Shown here piece after piece: positions 17,681 to 27,379 of a DNA stretch of 64,000 bases. The DNA lies in IMG/VR virus record IMGVR_UViG_3300009545_000018, positions 310,001-374,000 of that record; one strand, written 5' to 3'. The first letter of the stretch is position 1. Every line of letters starts with the position of its first letter. Made by a program: the position numbers and the translations under genes. A model generated the notes under the pieces. It was not told the DNA's origin. It saw only the letters and a list, made by a program, of their open reading frames with translations, and searched no databases.

Positions 17681-20479
17681 ATGGCAAACATCCCTGGAGC
17701 AAATAATGTTTTACCTGGAGTTTTCACAGATGTGATTACTCAATCCCGTGGAGTCGCAATTCCTGGTGGTTCTCGTATTGCTGCAATGATTGGTGAGGGT
17801 TCTACAGATGAAACCTTAATATCACAAGCAGTTGGTGGTGGGCAAGATGGTTTAAATCCAAGTTATTCTTCATCATCTGGTGCAGATGGTAGACATTTTA
17901 GATTAAGTGCATTTCCAGTAATTGCTACAAGAACTACATTATTTAAAAATGGTGTACCATTAGTTGGTCTAGAATCTTTAATTGATAATAACCCATTTAG
18001 TAATAAATATGATTATAGAATTGATATTTCAACTGGAAAAATTGAATTACAAAGAGCACATCTTGTTGATCAGGGTGGGGCATTATATGTACCATTATCT
18101 ACAAATACTGGCGATGGTTATTTAAATGGTTTAACATTAGATGATTCTAATGCTCCACCAGAAACCTGGACTATCCGTTGCGTTGGTGTTCAAAGAAATT
18201 CTATGAACCAACCAATACAAAATACAGCTAAATTTATGGCATTTGGATCTGTTTCTGGCGTTATTTCTGATGCTAATGGAAATCCAATTATTTGGATGTC
18301 TAATGGGGAAGAAGTTACTAATAATGTTTTAACTTTTGCAATTTATGAAACTCAAGTTTCTAACGTTTCCACAGCTCCATTTGTTGAAGGTGACGCATTT
18401 ACTATTAAAGTTGCTTCTGGTGTTTTAGTTAGAAGTGATTCTCTAACCGCCAATTATATTCCAACAGCTAATTTAAATGATCCAGTTTTAGTACAAGGAT
18501 TAGGCGATACAGTTAAGAGACATGGACTTCCAAGCACAGACAATAGTTTGTCATTAGGTGCTCAATTAGCTTTTGCTAATAGTGCTCCAGCTTTAATTAC
18601 TGTGCAAGCTGCTCCAGCTATGCCAAGAAGAAGATCTTATGTATTAGAAAATGCAGTGAATTCAACATCAACTAATGATGATGATTTTATATTTCCATTA
18701 CCTGCAGGAGTTACTCCAGATTTTAACTCTAACATTCACTTCTTTGTTACAAATAATACTACTAATGTAGAGACTCAAATTCTTCCTAATAAATTAGATT
18801 TTTATACTTTAGATACTACAGGTTTTCCAACTACAAATCAATTTATTACTAGTAATGTTAATGCACCATCAGGATGGTCATATTACTATACAGTTGTAAA
18901 AAGCTATGAAAGTTTAGCTACAGGTGAAGATGGATATATTGGAAGAGATTTAGCTTTTACAACTAAAGGAACTTTTTCTTCTTCTGTTGATTTTGATTCT
19001 ACTTATGTTGGAAAAACTTTAAAATTAATTGATGCTACAAATACTGCTAATGTAGGAACATATACTGTTAATACTGTTTCGGGCGGAGATTTGTATGTAA
19101 CACGAGTAGGATCTTTCCCAGATTTTACAAATGGAACTGGTAAGACATTTGCAGTAATTGATCCTGCAACTGATACTGCAGTTGTTGGAGGCTCAGCCAC
19201 TAATGGAGCTATAACAGCTAATATTGGTTTAGGAACAGCTACCTTATCTAGTGCCTCTATTAATTTTACTGCTATTACTGGTATTACTGGATATAAATTA
19301 AGAATTTCTGGCAGTGCCACAGATAATGGTTTATATGATATTTCAGCTCCAAGTGGGTCTGGTCCATGGACTATTACTATTACTAAAACAGTGGTAACTG
19401 AAAGTAATATGAGATATGAAGTTGTAGATACTGCAGATGAAAGTAATTATGTAGTTATCAATAAAAATGTGGTTCCAAACGGATATGCATTAAGAGTAAC
19501 TGTAATTGATGAAAAAGAAGCTGATTTTTATGATGCTGGATGGATAAATGCTCTAGAATCATTAGAGACAGTAGAATGTGATATTGTTGTTCCTCTTCCA
19601 AAACAAACCATTTCTGTTATTTTTCAAAATACATTAAACCATTGTAAGGCAATGAGTAATATTCGTAATAAGAAAGAAAGAGTATTATTCTGTGGTGCTA
19701 TTAGCGGGTTAAAACCAGAAAACTTAACTGGAGCTGAATCAGCTGCAGTAGAAGACATTGGAGTATTAGAAGGAATTCAAGGAGAAACTGTTACTGATGT
19801 ATTAGAAGGTAACGTGGAAGATTTAGCTAATTACTCAGTTCCAGATGCTTTTGGAAATACTTTTAGATGTGTATATTTTTACCCAGATCAAATTGTGGTA
19901 CAAGCAGGAACCGAAAATGTATTGATTGATGGTTTCTACTTAGCAGCCGCCGCTGCCGGTTATTTATCTGCAGATGTTAAGATTGAAAATCCATTAACTA
20001 ATAAAGTATTGAGTGGATTTACTATCTTGAGAAATAAACAATTCTCTACAACTACTCTTGAAAGTTTAGCTTCAGCTGGTGTATGTACATTACAACCAGT
20101 TGCAGGTGGTGGACGTGTTATTTGGGGTATTACTACTTCACAAAGTGGATTTCCAGAAGAGCAAGAAATTTCCATTGTGTTTATCAGAGATAGGGTAGCT
20201 AAGATCTTAAGATCTGGATTCCAAGGATTTATTGGTCAAGCTGAATCTCCTGATACTGGTGCAATTTTAAATACTCGTGCTGTAGTTTTATTGAATTCAT
20301 TAATCTCACAAGGATTAATTACAAACTTCAAAGATCTATCGGTTGTTAGAGATGATGTAGATCCAAGACAATGGGACATCACCGTAAGAGTACAGCCCGT
20401 ATATCCTGTCAATTATATTTATATAAGTATCACTTGGGCAATTATAACTAATAAAGAAATGATATATAGTCGTATATGA
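17681..20479 (+). CDS. Contractile tail sheath protein with large internal insertions
   Basis: N-terminal LPGVFTDV; C-terminal sheath core (ISIVFIRDRVAK...DPRQWDITVRVQPVYPVNYIYI); followed by the tube gene. The extreme C-terminus may be frameshifted (see findings). Confidence 0.9.
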   Translation: MANIPGANNVLPGVFTDVITQSRGVAIPGGSRIAAMIGEGSTDETLISQAVGGGQDGLNPSYSSSSGADGRHFRLSAFPVIATRTTLFKNGVPLVGLESLIDNNPFSNKYDYRIDISTGKIELQRAHLVDQGGALYVPLSTNTGDGYLNGLTLDDSNAPPETWTIRCVGVQRNSMNQPIQNTAKFMAFGSVSGVISDANGNPIIWMSNGEEVTNNVLTFAIYETQVSNVSTAPFVEGDAFTIKVASGVLVRSDSLTANYIPTANLNDPVLVQGLGDTVKRHGLPSTDNSLSLGAQLAFANSAPALITVQAAPAMPRRRSYVLENAVNSTSTNDDDFIFPLPAGVTPDFNSNIHFFVTNNTTNVETQILPNKLDFYTLDTTGFPTTNQFITSNVNAPSGWSYYYTVVKSYESLATGEDGYIGRDLAFTTKGTFSSSVDFDSTYVGKTLKLIDATNTANVGTYTVNTVSGGDLYVTRVGSFPDFTNGTGKTFAVIDPATDTAVVGGSATNGAITANIGLGTATLSSASINFTAITGITGYKLRISGSATDNGLYDISAPSGSGPWTITITKTVVTESNMRYEVVDTADESNYVVINKNVVPNGYALRVTVIDEKEADFYDAGWINALESLETVECDIVVPLPKQTISVIFQNTLNHCKAMSNIRNKKERVLFCGAISGLKPENLTGAESAAVEDIGVLEGIQGETVTDVLEGNVEDLANYSVPDAFGNTFRCVYFYPDQIVVQAGTENVLIDGFYLAAAAAGYLSADVKIENPLTNKVLSGFTILRNKQFSTTTLESLASAGVCTLQPVAGGGRVIWGITTSQSGFPEEQEISIVFIRDRVAKILRSGFQGFIGQAESPDTGAILNTRAVVLLNSLISQGLITNFKDLSVVRDDVDPRQWDITVRVQPVYPVNYIYISITWAIITNKEMIYSRI

Positions 20480-21509
20480 AAAGTCGACTATCTCAAGAAC
20501 AATTAGATAAAATTCTCATATACTATAATAAAGGTTTAAGCGCCTCTGAAATAGAAAAATTGTTAGAAATTTCACATCAAACAATGTGGAGAATTTCCAA
20601 ACAATTAAATCTTACTTTTAAAAAAGGAACAAAATCAAGTCTAACTCAAGAACAATTAGATAAAATAAAAGAATTGGCACCAATACATACAGCCGCTGAA
20701 ATAGCTGAAATTGTTGGAGTTTCTTATCGAATTATTCAAACAGGTTTTAAAAATTTAGGATTAAAACCTAAGGGTGCTAAATTAGATCCTCTTACAGAAG
20801 ATCAGAAGATCAGAATAATAGAGTAATAGAATTATTTAATCAGGGAATAGGTACAAGAAATATAGCAAAAGAACTGAATGTTTCAAGAGATGCTATAAAT
20901 AATGCTTTTAAAGATTTAAATTTAGATAATTCTGGCAGATCTATGAGAAGAATTGCATATTTAGCTACTGAAAAAACATGTAAAATATGTTGTGAAACAT
21001 TATCAATTGACAATTTTAGAAAAAGAATAAAGGGCGATAGGGTTTCTTATGAACCATATTGTTTAGAATGTGAATATAATTTAAATTTAAATAAATCAAA
21101 AATTTATGCTAAAATTCGTAGAAAAATAGATCCTGGATACTGTCTTAGAAAGAATATATCATTTTCCATATGGTATGCTTTAAAATTATCAAATTCAAGC
21201 AAAAATAACGAAAGTTGTATGAAATATTTGCCATACTCAATAAATGAATTAAAACAACATTTAGAATCACTATTTGAGTCTTGGATGACTTGGAATAATT
21301 ATGGAACATTTATATCTGATGTTTGGACTGATAATGATCCAAAAACATGGACTTGGCAATTAGATCATATTATTCCTCAATCAGACTTGCCCTATACAAG
21401 TATGACAGATGATAACTTTAAGAAGTGCTAGGCATTAGAGAATTTAAGACCATTAAGTTCTAAACAAAATTTATTAGATGGAGTTAATAAAATAAGGCAT
21501 AATAAGTAA
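20476..21509 (+). pseudogene. Decayed HNH homing endonuclease with three HTH repeats
   Basis: An 8-bp duplication (cagaagat, 20795-20810) shifts the frame between the two supplied ORFs. TAG at 21429-21431 stands where the paralog at 26635 has Trp, and the frame continues ALENLRPLSSKQNLLDG to TAA at 21509. LDHIIPQS HNH motif. Confidence 0.85.
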
Positions 21510-21548
21510 TAATATATAGTTAGTTTATTAGTTTTAACTGGAGCACAC

Positions 21549-22247
21549 ATGGCTTTTGCAGCAAATACACAGTCTACTTTAACATTACCAAATGGTGTTA
21601 ATAAGACCAGTACAGCCGTATCAACAAACATAATCATTTTGGTCAATAATACACCAGTCGGTGCAGTTCAATCGTTAGCAATTAGCGAAAAAAGATCAAT
21701 AAAGATGATTGATGAGGTAGGAAATGACGGTCATGTTGATTCAGTGCCAAATCAATCTACAAATATTACTGGCACTTGTCAAAGAGTTAGATTTGATAGA
21801 CTAAGAATTACTGAAGCCTTTAGTAGAGGCTTTTTACATGCTCATGCACAAGTATATCCTTTTGATATCGTTATTTTAGATAAACAAAAGAGAGATACTG
21901 GCAGCCAAATTTCTACAGTAATTAAAAATGTTTGGATTTCCGGACTAGATTATACTTACTCTGCTACGGATTGGGTTATTACAGATGGTATGCAATGGGA
22001 AGCTGAATCAATCTTTAGCATACTAAATGGCGGCTCTTCTCCAATTCCTGGTGGAGTTCCAGCAGCCGTTGGTGGAGAAAGAGGCATTAAGCATATGGGT
22101 GCGGGTCCAAATGGTATTGTTACTATTCAGAGTGGTGACGGTCTCGTTAACATAGAACAACTTGCTGACACCGGGTCTGGTGGTAGACGTGGGTCTCTCG
22201 ATGCTGCTGGTTTGATCGATATTGGTAGTGCGGGCGATCTTTTTTGA
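21549..22247 (+). CDS. Tail tube protein
   Basis: GGAG RBS; follows the sheath gene; VGAVQSLAISEKR...ITGTCQRVRFD...PFDIVILD pattern of tube proteins. Confidence 0.8.
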   Translation: MAFAANTQSTLTLPNGVNKTSTAVSTNIIILVNNTPVGAVQSLAISEKRSIKMIDEVGNDGHVDSVPNQSTNITGTCQRVRFDRLRITEAFSRGFLHAHAQVYPFDIVILDKQKRDTGSQISTVIKNVWISGLDYTYSATDWVITDGMQWEAESIFSILNGGSSPIPGGVPAAVGGERGIKHMGAGPNGIVTIQSGDGLVNIEQLADTGSGGRRGSLDAAGLIDIGSAGDLF

Positions 22248-22280
22248 TATAATTTAAGTTAGTTTTAAACAAGATATATA

Positions 22281-22311
22281 AAAGAGGGACAACATAATGT
22301 TGTCCCTTTTA
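22281..22311 (+). terminator. Rho-independent terminator after the tube gene
   Basis: Perfect 10-bp stem agggacaaca / tgttgtccct with a taa loop, followed by a T run. Confidence 0.75.
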
Positions 22312-22314
22312 ATT

Positions 22315-22449
22315 TATGCGCCAAATGATTATAATGATATTTGTAAACAAACCTTTGGTGAACTCTATAATAAAACAATTAAAAGAGAAAATTTACTTAA
22401 AGAGGCTGGATTTACCTTGATGATAAAATGGGAAACTGAAAAATTATAA
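22315..22449 (+). pseudogene. 3' relic of a Vsr/DUF559-like (PD-(D/E)xK) endonuclease
   Basis: Start-less frame YAPNDYNDICKQTFGELYNKTIKRENLLKEAGFTLMIKWETEKL* resembles the C-terminal TFGELYxKTxxRExxLKxxGYxxxxIWE signature of these phage endonucleases. Confidence 0.6.
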
Positions 22450-22465
22450 ATAAAGTTATAATATG

Positions 22466-22496
22466 GCTCACAATTGTTATATAATCAATTGTGAGC
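22466..22496. promoter_or_regulatory. Perfect 11-bp inverted repeat with a TATAAT-containing loop, upstream of the chaperone gene
   Basis: gctcacaattg-ttatataat-caattgtgagc, followed by tttgttttt and an RBS; could be a terminator, an operator or a hairpin promoter. Confidence 0.5.
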
Positions 22497-22516
22497 TTTG
22501 TTTTTAGGGAGTAAAA

Positions 22517-23233
22517 ATGCCGGAATTTAAAAGTACAATAGGTGGCAGACAATTTCAAGGAAAACAATTGAGAGAGTTTGACGTTCCAGATGGAAATGAT
22601 GATGCGCCTCAATTTAACGTAGAGGAAGCCATTACTAGTGGACAATTTAAAAAATTAAATGCTGAAGAAATTGCTGATTTTCAACAAAGATTAAATGGAA
22701 TTAATATTGAAGAAGAGGACAATTATCGTCCAGTAGCAAGACAGCAGGCTCCTAGAATGACTTATAAAAGCGATTTAGAGGCAACTGAAGAGGTATATCA
22801 AAATCGTAAGAAAGGCGTTAGTAGGCTGTCTGTTGGGGCTAAAAAACGTATAGAAATGCTCCTTGGAATTACTCGTTCTACCAGAGAAATTAATGTTAAT
22901 AATACTAAATTTACTTTAAAAACATTATTGTCAAAAGAAATGAGAGAAGCTATTGCTTTAGCCTCACAATTTGATGGCAATGTACAATCTCCCTTTGAAA
23001 TAAGAACTCAATTTTTAGCCCGTTCAATATCAGAAATTGATGGAATTACTATTGAAGAATTTATTGGATCTAATCTTATTGAAGATAAAATATTTTTTAT
23101 TAATGAATTGGATGATATATTTTTAAATAGATTATATGAAGAATATTTAATTTTAACTAAAGAAGCTAAACAAAAATACGCAATATCTACAAAATCAGAG
23201 GCTGAGGAGGTCTCTGAAGATTTAAAAAAATAA
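22517..23233 (+). CDS. Tail assembly chaperone (G-type)
   Basis: GGAG RBS; between tube and tape measure genes; ends at slippery sequence gat tta aaa aaa taa. Confidence 0.7.
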   Translation: MPEFKSTIGGRQFQGKQLREFDVPDGNDDAPQFNVEEAITSGQFKKLNAEEIADFQQRLNGINIEEEDNYRPVARQQAPRMTYKSDLEATEEVYQNRKKGVSRLSVGAKKRIEMLLGITRSTREINVNNTKFTLKTLLSKEMREAIALASQFDGNVQSPFEIRTQFLARSISEIDGITIEEFIGSNLIEDKIFFINELDDIFLNRLYEEYLILTKEAKQKYAISTKSEAEEVSEDLKK

Positions 23234-23583
23234 TATATGAACCGGAACATCGATTTCTGTGGTATTTATGTAAACATGTATATAATACTACTCCAGATGA
23301 TCCACGTATTGTAAATATGGACCCGGTTCAAAAAAGATGGATGTATGAAAATTGGGTAGCAGACCAAAATGATGAGATAGAACTAGCTAAAAATCACGCA
23401 TATTTATTAGCTTCCTTCTACAATCCAGAAGCTGTAAAAAAGATCATGAAAGGTAACGATTATGAATCTACAGATGAGGAATTCGAAGAAAGTACAGAAA
23501 TTGTAAGAAAAGCTCGCGTTAATTCAGAACAAAAGGTACAAGAGCCTATTAAAAGAACTAGACGTCGCAAATTACAAGGATAA
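23221..23583 (+). CDS. -1 frameshift extension of the tail chaperone (GT-type product 22517..23583)
   Basis: T TTA AAA heptamer at 23221-23227; the -1 frame is open from the slip site (FKKIIYEPEHRFLWYLCKHVYNTTPDDPRIVN) into the supplied 23317 ORF. Confidence 0.8.
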   Translation, partial: FKKIIYEPEHRFLWYLCKHVYNTTPDDPRIVNMDPVQKRWMYENWVADQNDEIELAKNHAYLLASFYNPEAVKKIMKGNDYESTDEEFEESTEIVRKARVNSEQKVQEPIKRTRRRKLQG

Positions 23584-23586
23584 TAA

Positions 23587-25740
23587 ATGGCTGATGATTC
23601 AAACGTTATAACTCAGGAAACAGTAGATGCTGCTACAAATGCATCTAATGCTATGAATTTGTATTCAACAGCTTTAGATGCTGTAAAAGAAAAAATTGAA
23701 TCTTATTCTAGAACCCTTAATGATACTAAAAATGTTCTAAATCAAAATCAGCAATTAACAGAGAAACAGGCTCATGTATTTAATGCATTAAGTATTGAGG
23801 TTCTTGGAGCACGTACGGCTTTTGATAGATTAAATAATATTGATACTTCTGGATTAAATACATTTACTAATCAATATCAAAATTTAAAAAATATAATACA
23901 AAATTCTCCTTTAAATAAAACATTGATCAGAGATTCTTTAGAATCAATTTCTAAAGCTACTGGTAAAGTTATAGATTCAGATGCTTTAGAACAAGCAATG
24001 AGTAAGGGTAAAGAAGCGGTTTTATCTTTTGCAGAAACTTTTTTAACTAGCGCTGATAATGGACTACGTTTACAGAATGCTTATTTACAATTATCAGCTG
24101 CTACAGGTAATTTGGATAATGTTTTTCAGGCGGCTTCTCCCAATTTAAGTAATTTAAATAATTTATTACAAAAACAACAAGACATTGTAAGTGCTACAGC
24201 TAAAGCTACTAATGTACCAACAGAAGTGGTTGAAAATTATTATTCACAATTGGGGTCCATTCCATTAGCACTAAATTCTGTGGTTAAGAGTTCAGGTGAT
24301 ACTACTAAAGAAGTTAGTATGTTAACTGCAACTATTCAATTAGCTACAGGATCTGGAAGAAAATATGCGGATGTTGTTGATGATTTAAGATCTGCCTTTA
24401 GAAATTATAATATTAGCGGAGAAGATGCCTTACAATTCACTGCTAGAATTAGTGAAATTTCTGGAAAATATGGAATAGAATTAGAAGATGTACGATCTGC
24501 TCTTAGAAGTACTTCTGTAGATTTTAGAATGTTTGGAAATGAGGCAGAAGGTGCTTCAGCTATATTGAACCAATATGTAGGAGCCTTAAAAAATACTGGA
24601 ATTAATGGATCTGTTGCTGTTGATATTGTTAAAGGTATGACATCTCAACTTAAAGATTTAACTATTGCTCAGAAAGGTTTTCTATCAGCGCAAACTGGTG
24701 GACCGGGCGGCTTAATGGGAGCCTTCCAGATAGAAAAAGAATTAAGAGAAGGTAAACTTGATAAAGTTTTTGATAGAGTTAGACAAACAATGTCAAAACA
24801 ATTTGGAAATATTGTTAGCTTAGAAGAAGCCTCTCAAAGTCAAAACGCAGCAGCGCAATTAACTAAACAAATAATGATTTTACGTCAAGGTCCTCTTGGA
24901 CAATTTGCTAAGTCAGATCAAGAAGCTATTAGAATTTTAGAATCATTTAAAAATGTAAATAGTGGAAAGCAGCCTGCTACCACTTTAGGCAAAGATATTG
25001 TAACTGATACAATGGAAAAGGGCAATCAAATTTCTGACAGAAGCTATACTGCAATTGCTAAATCTAATTCTATTTTAGAAGAAATTAGAAACAATACTAG
25101 TATAATGTCCCTTAATGCTGCACAAAAGGGATTTACAGCAGCGGCGCCTAAACTTGGGGTGGATGAAAATTTTGATACTTTATCTGAATATAGAGATAAT
25201 CTGAAACAATTTAAACAAAATGCAGGAGAAAAACGCACTAAAGAAAATGTAGATCTAAACTCTACAGATAAAACAAGAGTGGTAGCGTTTGATTCATTAA
25301 AAAATGTTGCAGGAGTAATAGATGATGTTAAAAACTTCATGCCAAAAGTAAAAGAAGTTATTAATGGCACTGCAACTAAGAATGAAAATAAAATTAATGT
25401 TGTATCATCATCTCCAACACCAACTTTTAATTTAGCTGAAGTTGCCCAAACTCCCCAACAAAATTTTGGGGATTTTACGGCTCAAGCTATTAATTCTGGT
25501 AATATACCAAATACTTCTCGTTCTCAATTAGGTGGAATTGCATCTCAAGCTACTAGTTTAGCCGGTACCCCTCTTTCAAAAAACCCAACCCCTACAATAA
25601 CTACTGTTGCAGCTTCAACTAATGAAGTTAATGGTGAGATTACAGTGCATGTAGAAGGGTTTTGTTTAGACTGTGGTGAAAAAATCAAGGGACATAACCA
25701 AAGCTACTCTGTTAATACGGCACAAAGAGCAAAAAAATAA
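23587..25740 (+). CDS. Tape measure protein
   Basis: 717 aa, largely helical Ala/Gln/Ser-rich, directly after the G/GT chaperone pair. Confidence 0.72.
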   Translation: MADDSNVITQETVDAATNASNAMNLYSTALDAVKEKIESYSRTLNDTKNVLNQNQQLTEKQAHVFNALSIEVLGARTAFDRLNNIDTSGLNTFTNQYQNLKNIIQNSPLNKTLIRDSLESISKATGKVIDSDALEQAMSKGKEAVLSFAETFLTSADNGLRLQNAYLQLSAATGNLDNVFQAASPNLSNLNNLLQKQQDIVSATAKATNVPTEVVENYYSQLGSIPLALNSVVKSSGDTTKEVSMLTATIQLATGSGRKYADVVDDLRSAFRNYNISGEDALQFTARISEISGKYGIELEDVRSALRSTSVDFRMFGNEAEGASAILNQYVGALKNTGINGSVAVDIVKGMTSQLKDLTIAQKGFLSAQTGGPGGLMGAFQIEKELREGKLDKVFDRVRQTMSKQFGNIVSLEEASQSQNAAAQLTKQIMILRQGPLGQFAKSDQEAIRILESFKNVNSGKQPATTLGKDIVTDTMEKGNQISDRSYTAIAKSNSILEEIRNNTSIMSLNAAQKGFTAAAPKLGVDENFDTLSEYRDNLKQFKQNAGEKRTKENVDLNSTDKTRVVAFDSLKNVAGVIDDVKNFMPKVKEVINGTATKNENKINVVSSSPTPTFNLAEVAQTPQQNFGDFTAQAINSGNIPNTSRSQLGGIASQATSLAGTPLSKNPTPTITTVAASTNEVNGEITVHVEGFCLDCGEKIKGHNQSYSVNTAQRAKK

Positions 25741-25748
25741 GGTGACAT

Positions 25749-26633
25749 ATGGCTAATTTTTTAGATAGTGCAATCAAAACTCTTGATCAAACTCAACAAG
25801 CATTAAATAATAACACTCCACTAAATCAAAATAATTTAAGTAATGGATTTAATTTGCCACCCAGTTATTCAGCTGATGGTAATGGTTTACCTTATTCTAA
25901 AGTTCCGAGTAATAAAGATTCTCAAATGAAGAGAAATATTGTAACTTGGTTTGTTCCAGAATTTGGAATTGTTAGAATGTATATTAATCCTTCGGCTATT
26001 ACATATAATCATAAAAAACTTATTTCAAAAGATAAAACCAAAGGCGGTTTTAATCTTCAATATTGGGGAGAAGATTTAACATCACTTAATATTTCTGGTA
26101 CTACAGGAAGTTCTGGTATTGAAGGAATTAATGTACTTTATGAAATTTATAGAGCAGAACAATATGCTTTTGATGGATTAGGATTAAGTTTAGCTGCAAA
26201 TAATGCTGCAGCTGATATTGCTAACAATTTAGTACAAGGAGCAGGTGGGGCTTTAGGAAATTCTATAAATAGTTTGTTTGGAGGTAATACTAATAGTCCA
26301 ACAGCAGGTGCAATGGGCGCCGGCTTATTAGGTGGTATTTTAGGTTTAGATTCTCCTAATAATAATTTATCAGCAAAAAATATTCCATCATTAGCTCAAT
26401 TAGCATTTACTGTGGAAATGTATTATGCTGGCAAAGTTTTTAGAGGTTTCTTTGAAAATATGATAATAAATGAACGCGCAGATAATCGTCTTATGGAATA
26501 CCAATTAACATTTACTGCAACACAAATTCGAGGATATAGAGTTAACATGTTTCCTTGGGAACGTTCAGCTAAAGATGGACCATCATCTTATACTTCTCCA
26601 AGCTCCTTTTCAGGAAACGTAAATGTAGGATAA
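25749..26633 (+). CDS. Baseplate tube-initiator (tube-fold) protein
   Basis: MYINPSAITYNHKK...QYWGEDLTSLNISGTTG pattern typical of tube-initiator proteins that follow the tape measure gene. Confidence 0.55.
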   Translation: MANFLDSAIKTLDQTQQALNNNTPLNQNNLSNGFNLPPSYSADGNGLPYSKVPSNKDSQMKRNIVTWFVPEFGIVRMYINPSAITYNHKKLISKDKTKGGFNLQYWGEDLTSLNISGTTGSSGIEGINVLYEIYRAEQYAFDGLGLSLAANNAAADIANNLVQGAGGALGNSINSLFGGNTNSPTAGAMGAGLLGGILGLDSPNNNLSAKNIPSLAQLAFTVEMYYAGKVFRGFFENMIINERADNRLMEYQLTFTATQIRGYRVNMFPWERSAKDGPSSYTSPSSFSGNVNVG

Positions 26634-26634
26634 A

Positions 26635-27378
26635 ATGATTGAAAAAACGTGTAAGAAATGCGGAGAAACGAAGGACATTTTGTGCTTTTCAAAAAATCAA
26701 AGAGTTTGTAAAGACTGTAATAAAAGATATCGTGAAATCCACAAAAAAGAAATAAAAGAGTATAAGGATGTTTATTATTTGGAAAATAAAAATATCATTT
26801 TAGAAAAAAGTGCACTTTATTATGAAGAAAATAAAGATTATATTTTAGAAATTAACAAAATCTATTATGAACAAAATAAAGAAACAATATTAGATAGGGC
26901 AAAGGAATATTATTTTGAAAATAAAGAAAGTATAAAAGAATATCAAAAAAAATATAATGTTGAAAACAAAGAAGAAATAAATTTATATAAATCTAACTGG
27001 AGTAAAGATAAATGGGAAAATGATCCTATTTTTAAATTAAGAAGAACAGTTTCTAAAGAGGTGTGGACTGCATTAAAGAAAAATAAAAACAATTTATCAA
27101 TTCTAGAATATTTAACGTATTCAATGAAAGAATTAAAACAGCATTTGGAGTCTTTATTTGAGCCTTGGATGAATTGGAATAATTGGGGAGTTTATAATCC
27201 TAAAACTTGGGATGACAATAATAGTTTAACTTGGACGTGGAATATAGATCATATTATTCCTCAAAGTAAACTACCATATAGTTCTATGGAAGATGATAAT
27301 TTTAGAAAGATTTGGTCGCTTGATAACTTACGACCATTATCTGCTAAAGAAAATATAATTGAAGGAAATAGAAGGTAA
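26635..27378 (+). CDS. Free-standing HNH homing endonuclease
   Basis: N-terminal CxxC...CxxC, repeated YYxxNKExI helices, WNIDHIIPQS...LDNLRPLSAKEN HNH core. Confidence 0.88.
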   Translation: MIEKTCKKCGETKDILCFSKNQRVCKDCNKRYREIHKKEIKEYKDVYYLENKNIILEKSALYYEENKDYILEINKIYYEQNKETILDRAKEYYFENKESIKEYQKKYNVENKEEINLYKSNWSKDKWENDPIFKLRRTVSKEVWTALKKNKNNLSILEYLTYSMKELKQHLESLFEPWMNWNNWGVYNPKTWDDNNSLTWTWNIDHIIPQSKLPYSSMEDDNFRKIWSLDNLRPLSAKENIIEGNRR

Positions 27379-27379
27379 T

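Noticed and set aside
21429-21431. Genome-wide TAG stop-codon reassignment
   Set aside because: TAG is rare as a stop here, but ORFs up to 7 kb are uninterrupted under the standard code. TAG at 57912-57914 ends an array protein exactly at the shared motif. The HNH also has an independent frameshift, so a nonsense mutation is simpler.
22466-22496. lac operator or vector contamination
   Set aside because: The half-sites face outward around an AT loop, and there is no flanking vector sequence.
2287-27378. Group I introns or inteins around the homing endonucleases
   Set aside because: Flanking genes look complete on either side, gaps are too short for a ribozyme core, and no intein splice motifs were seen.
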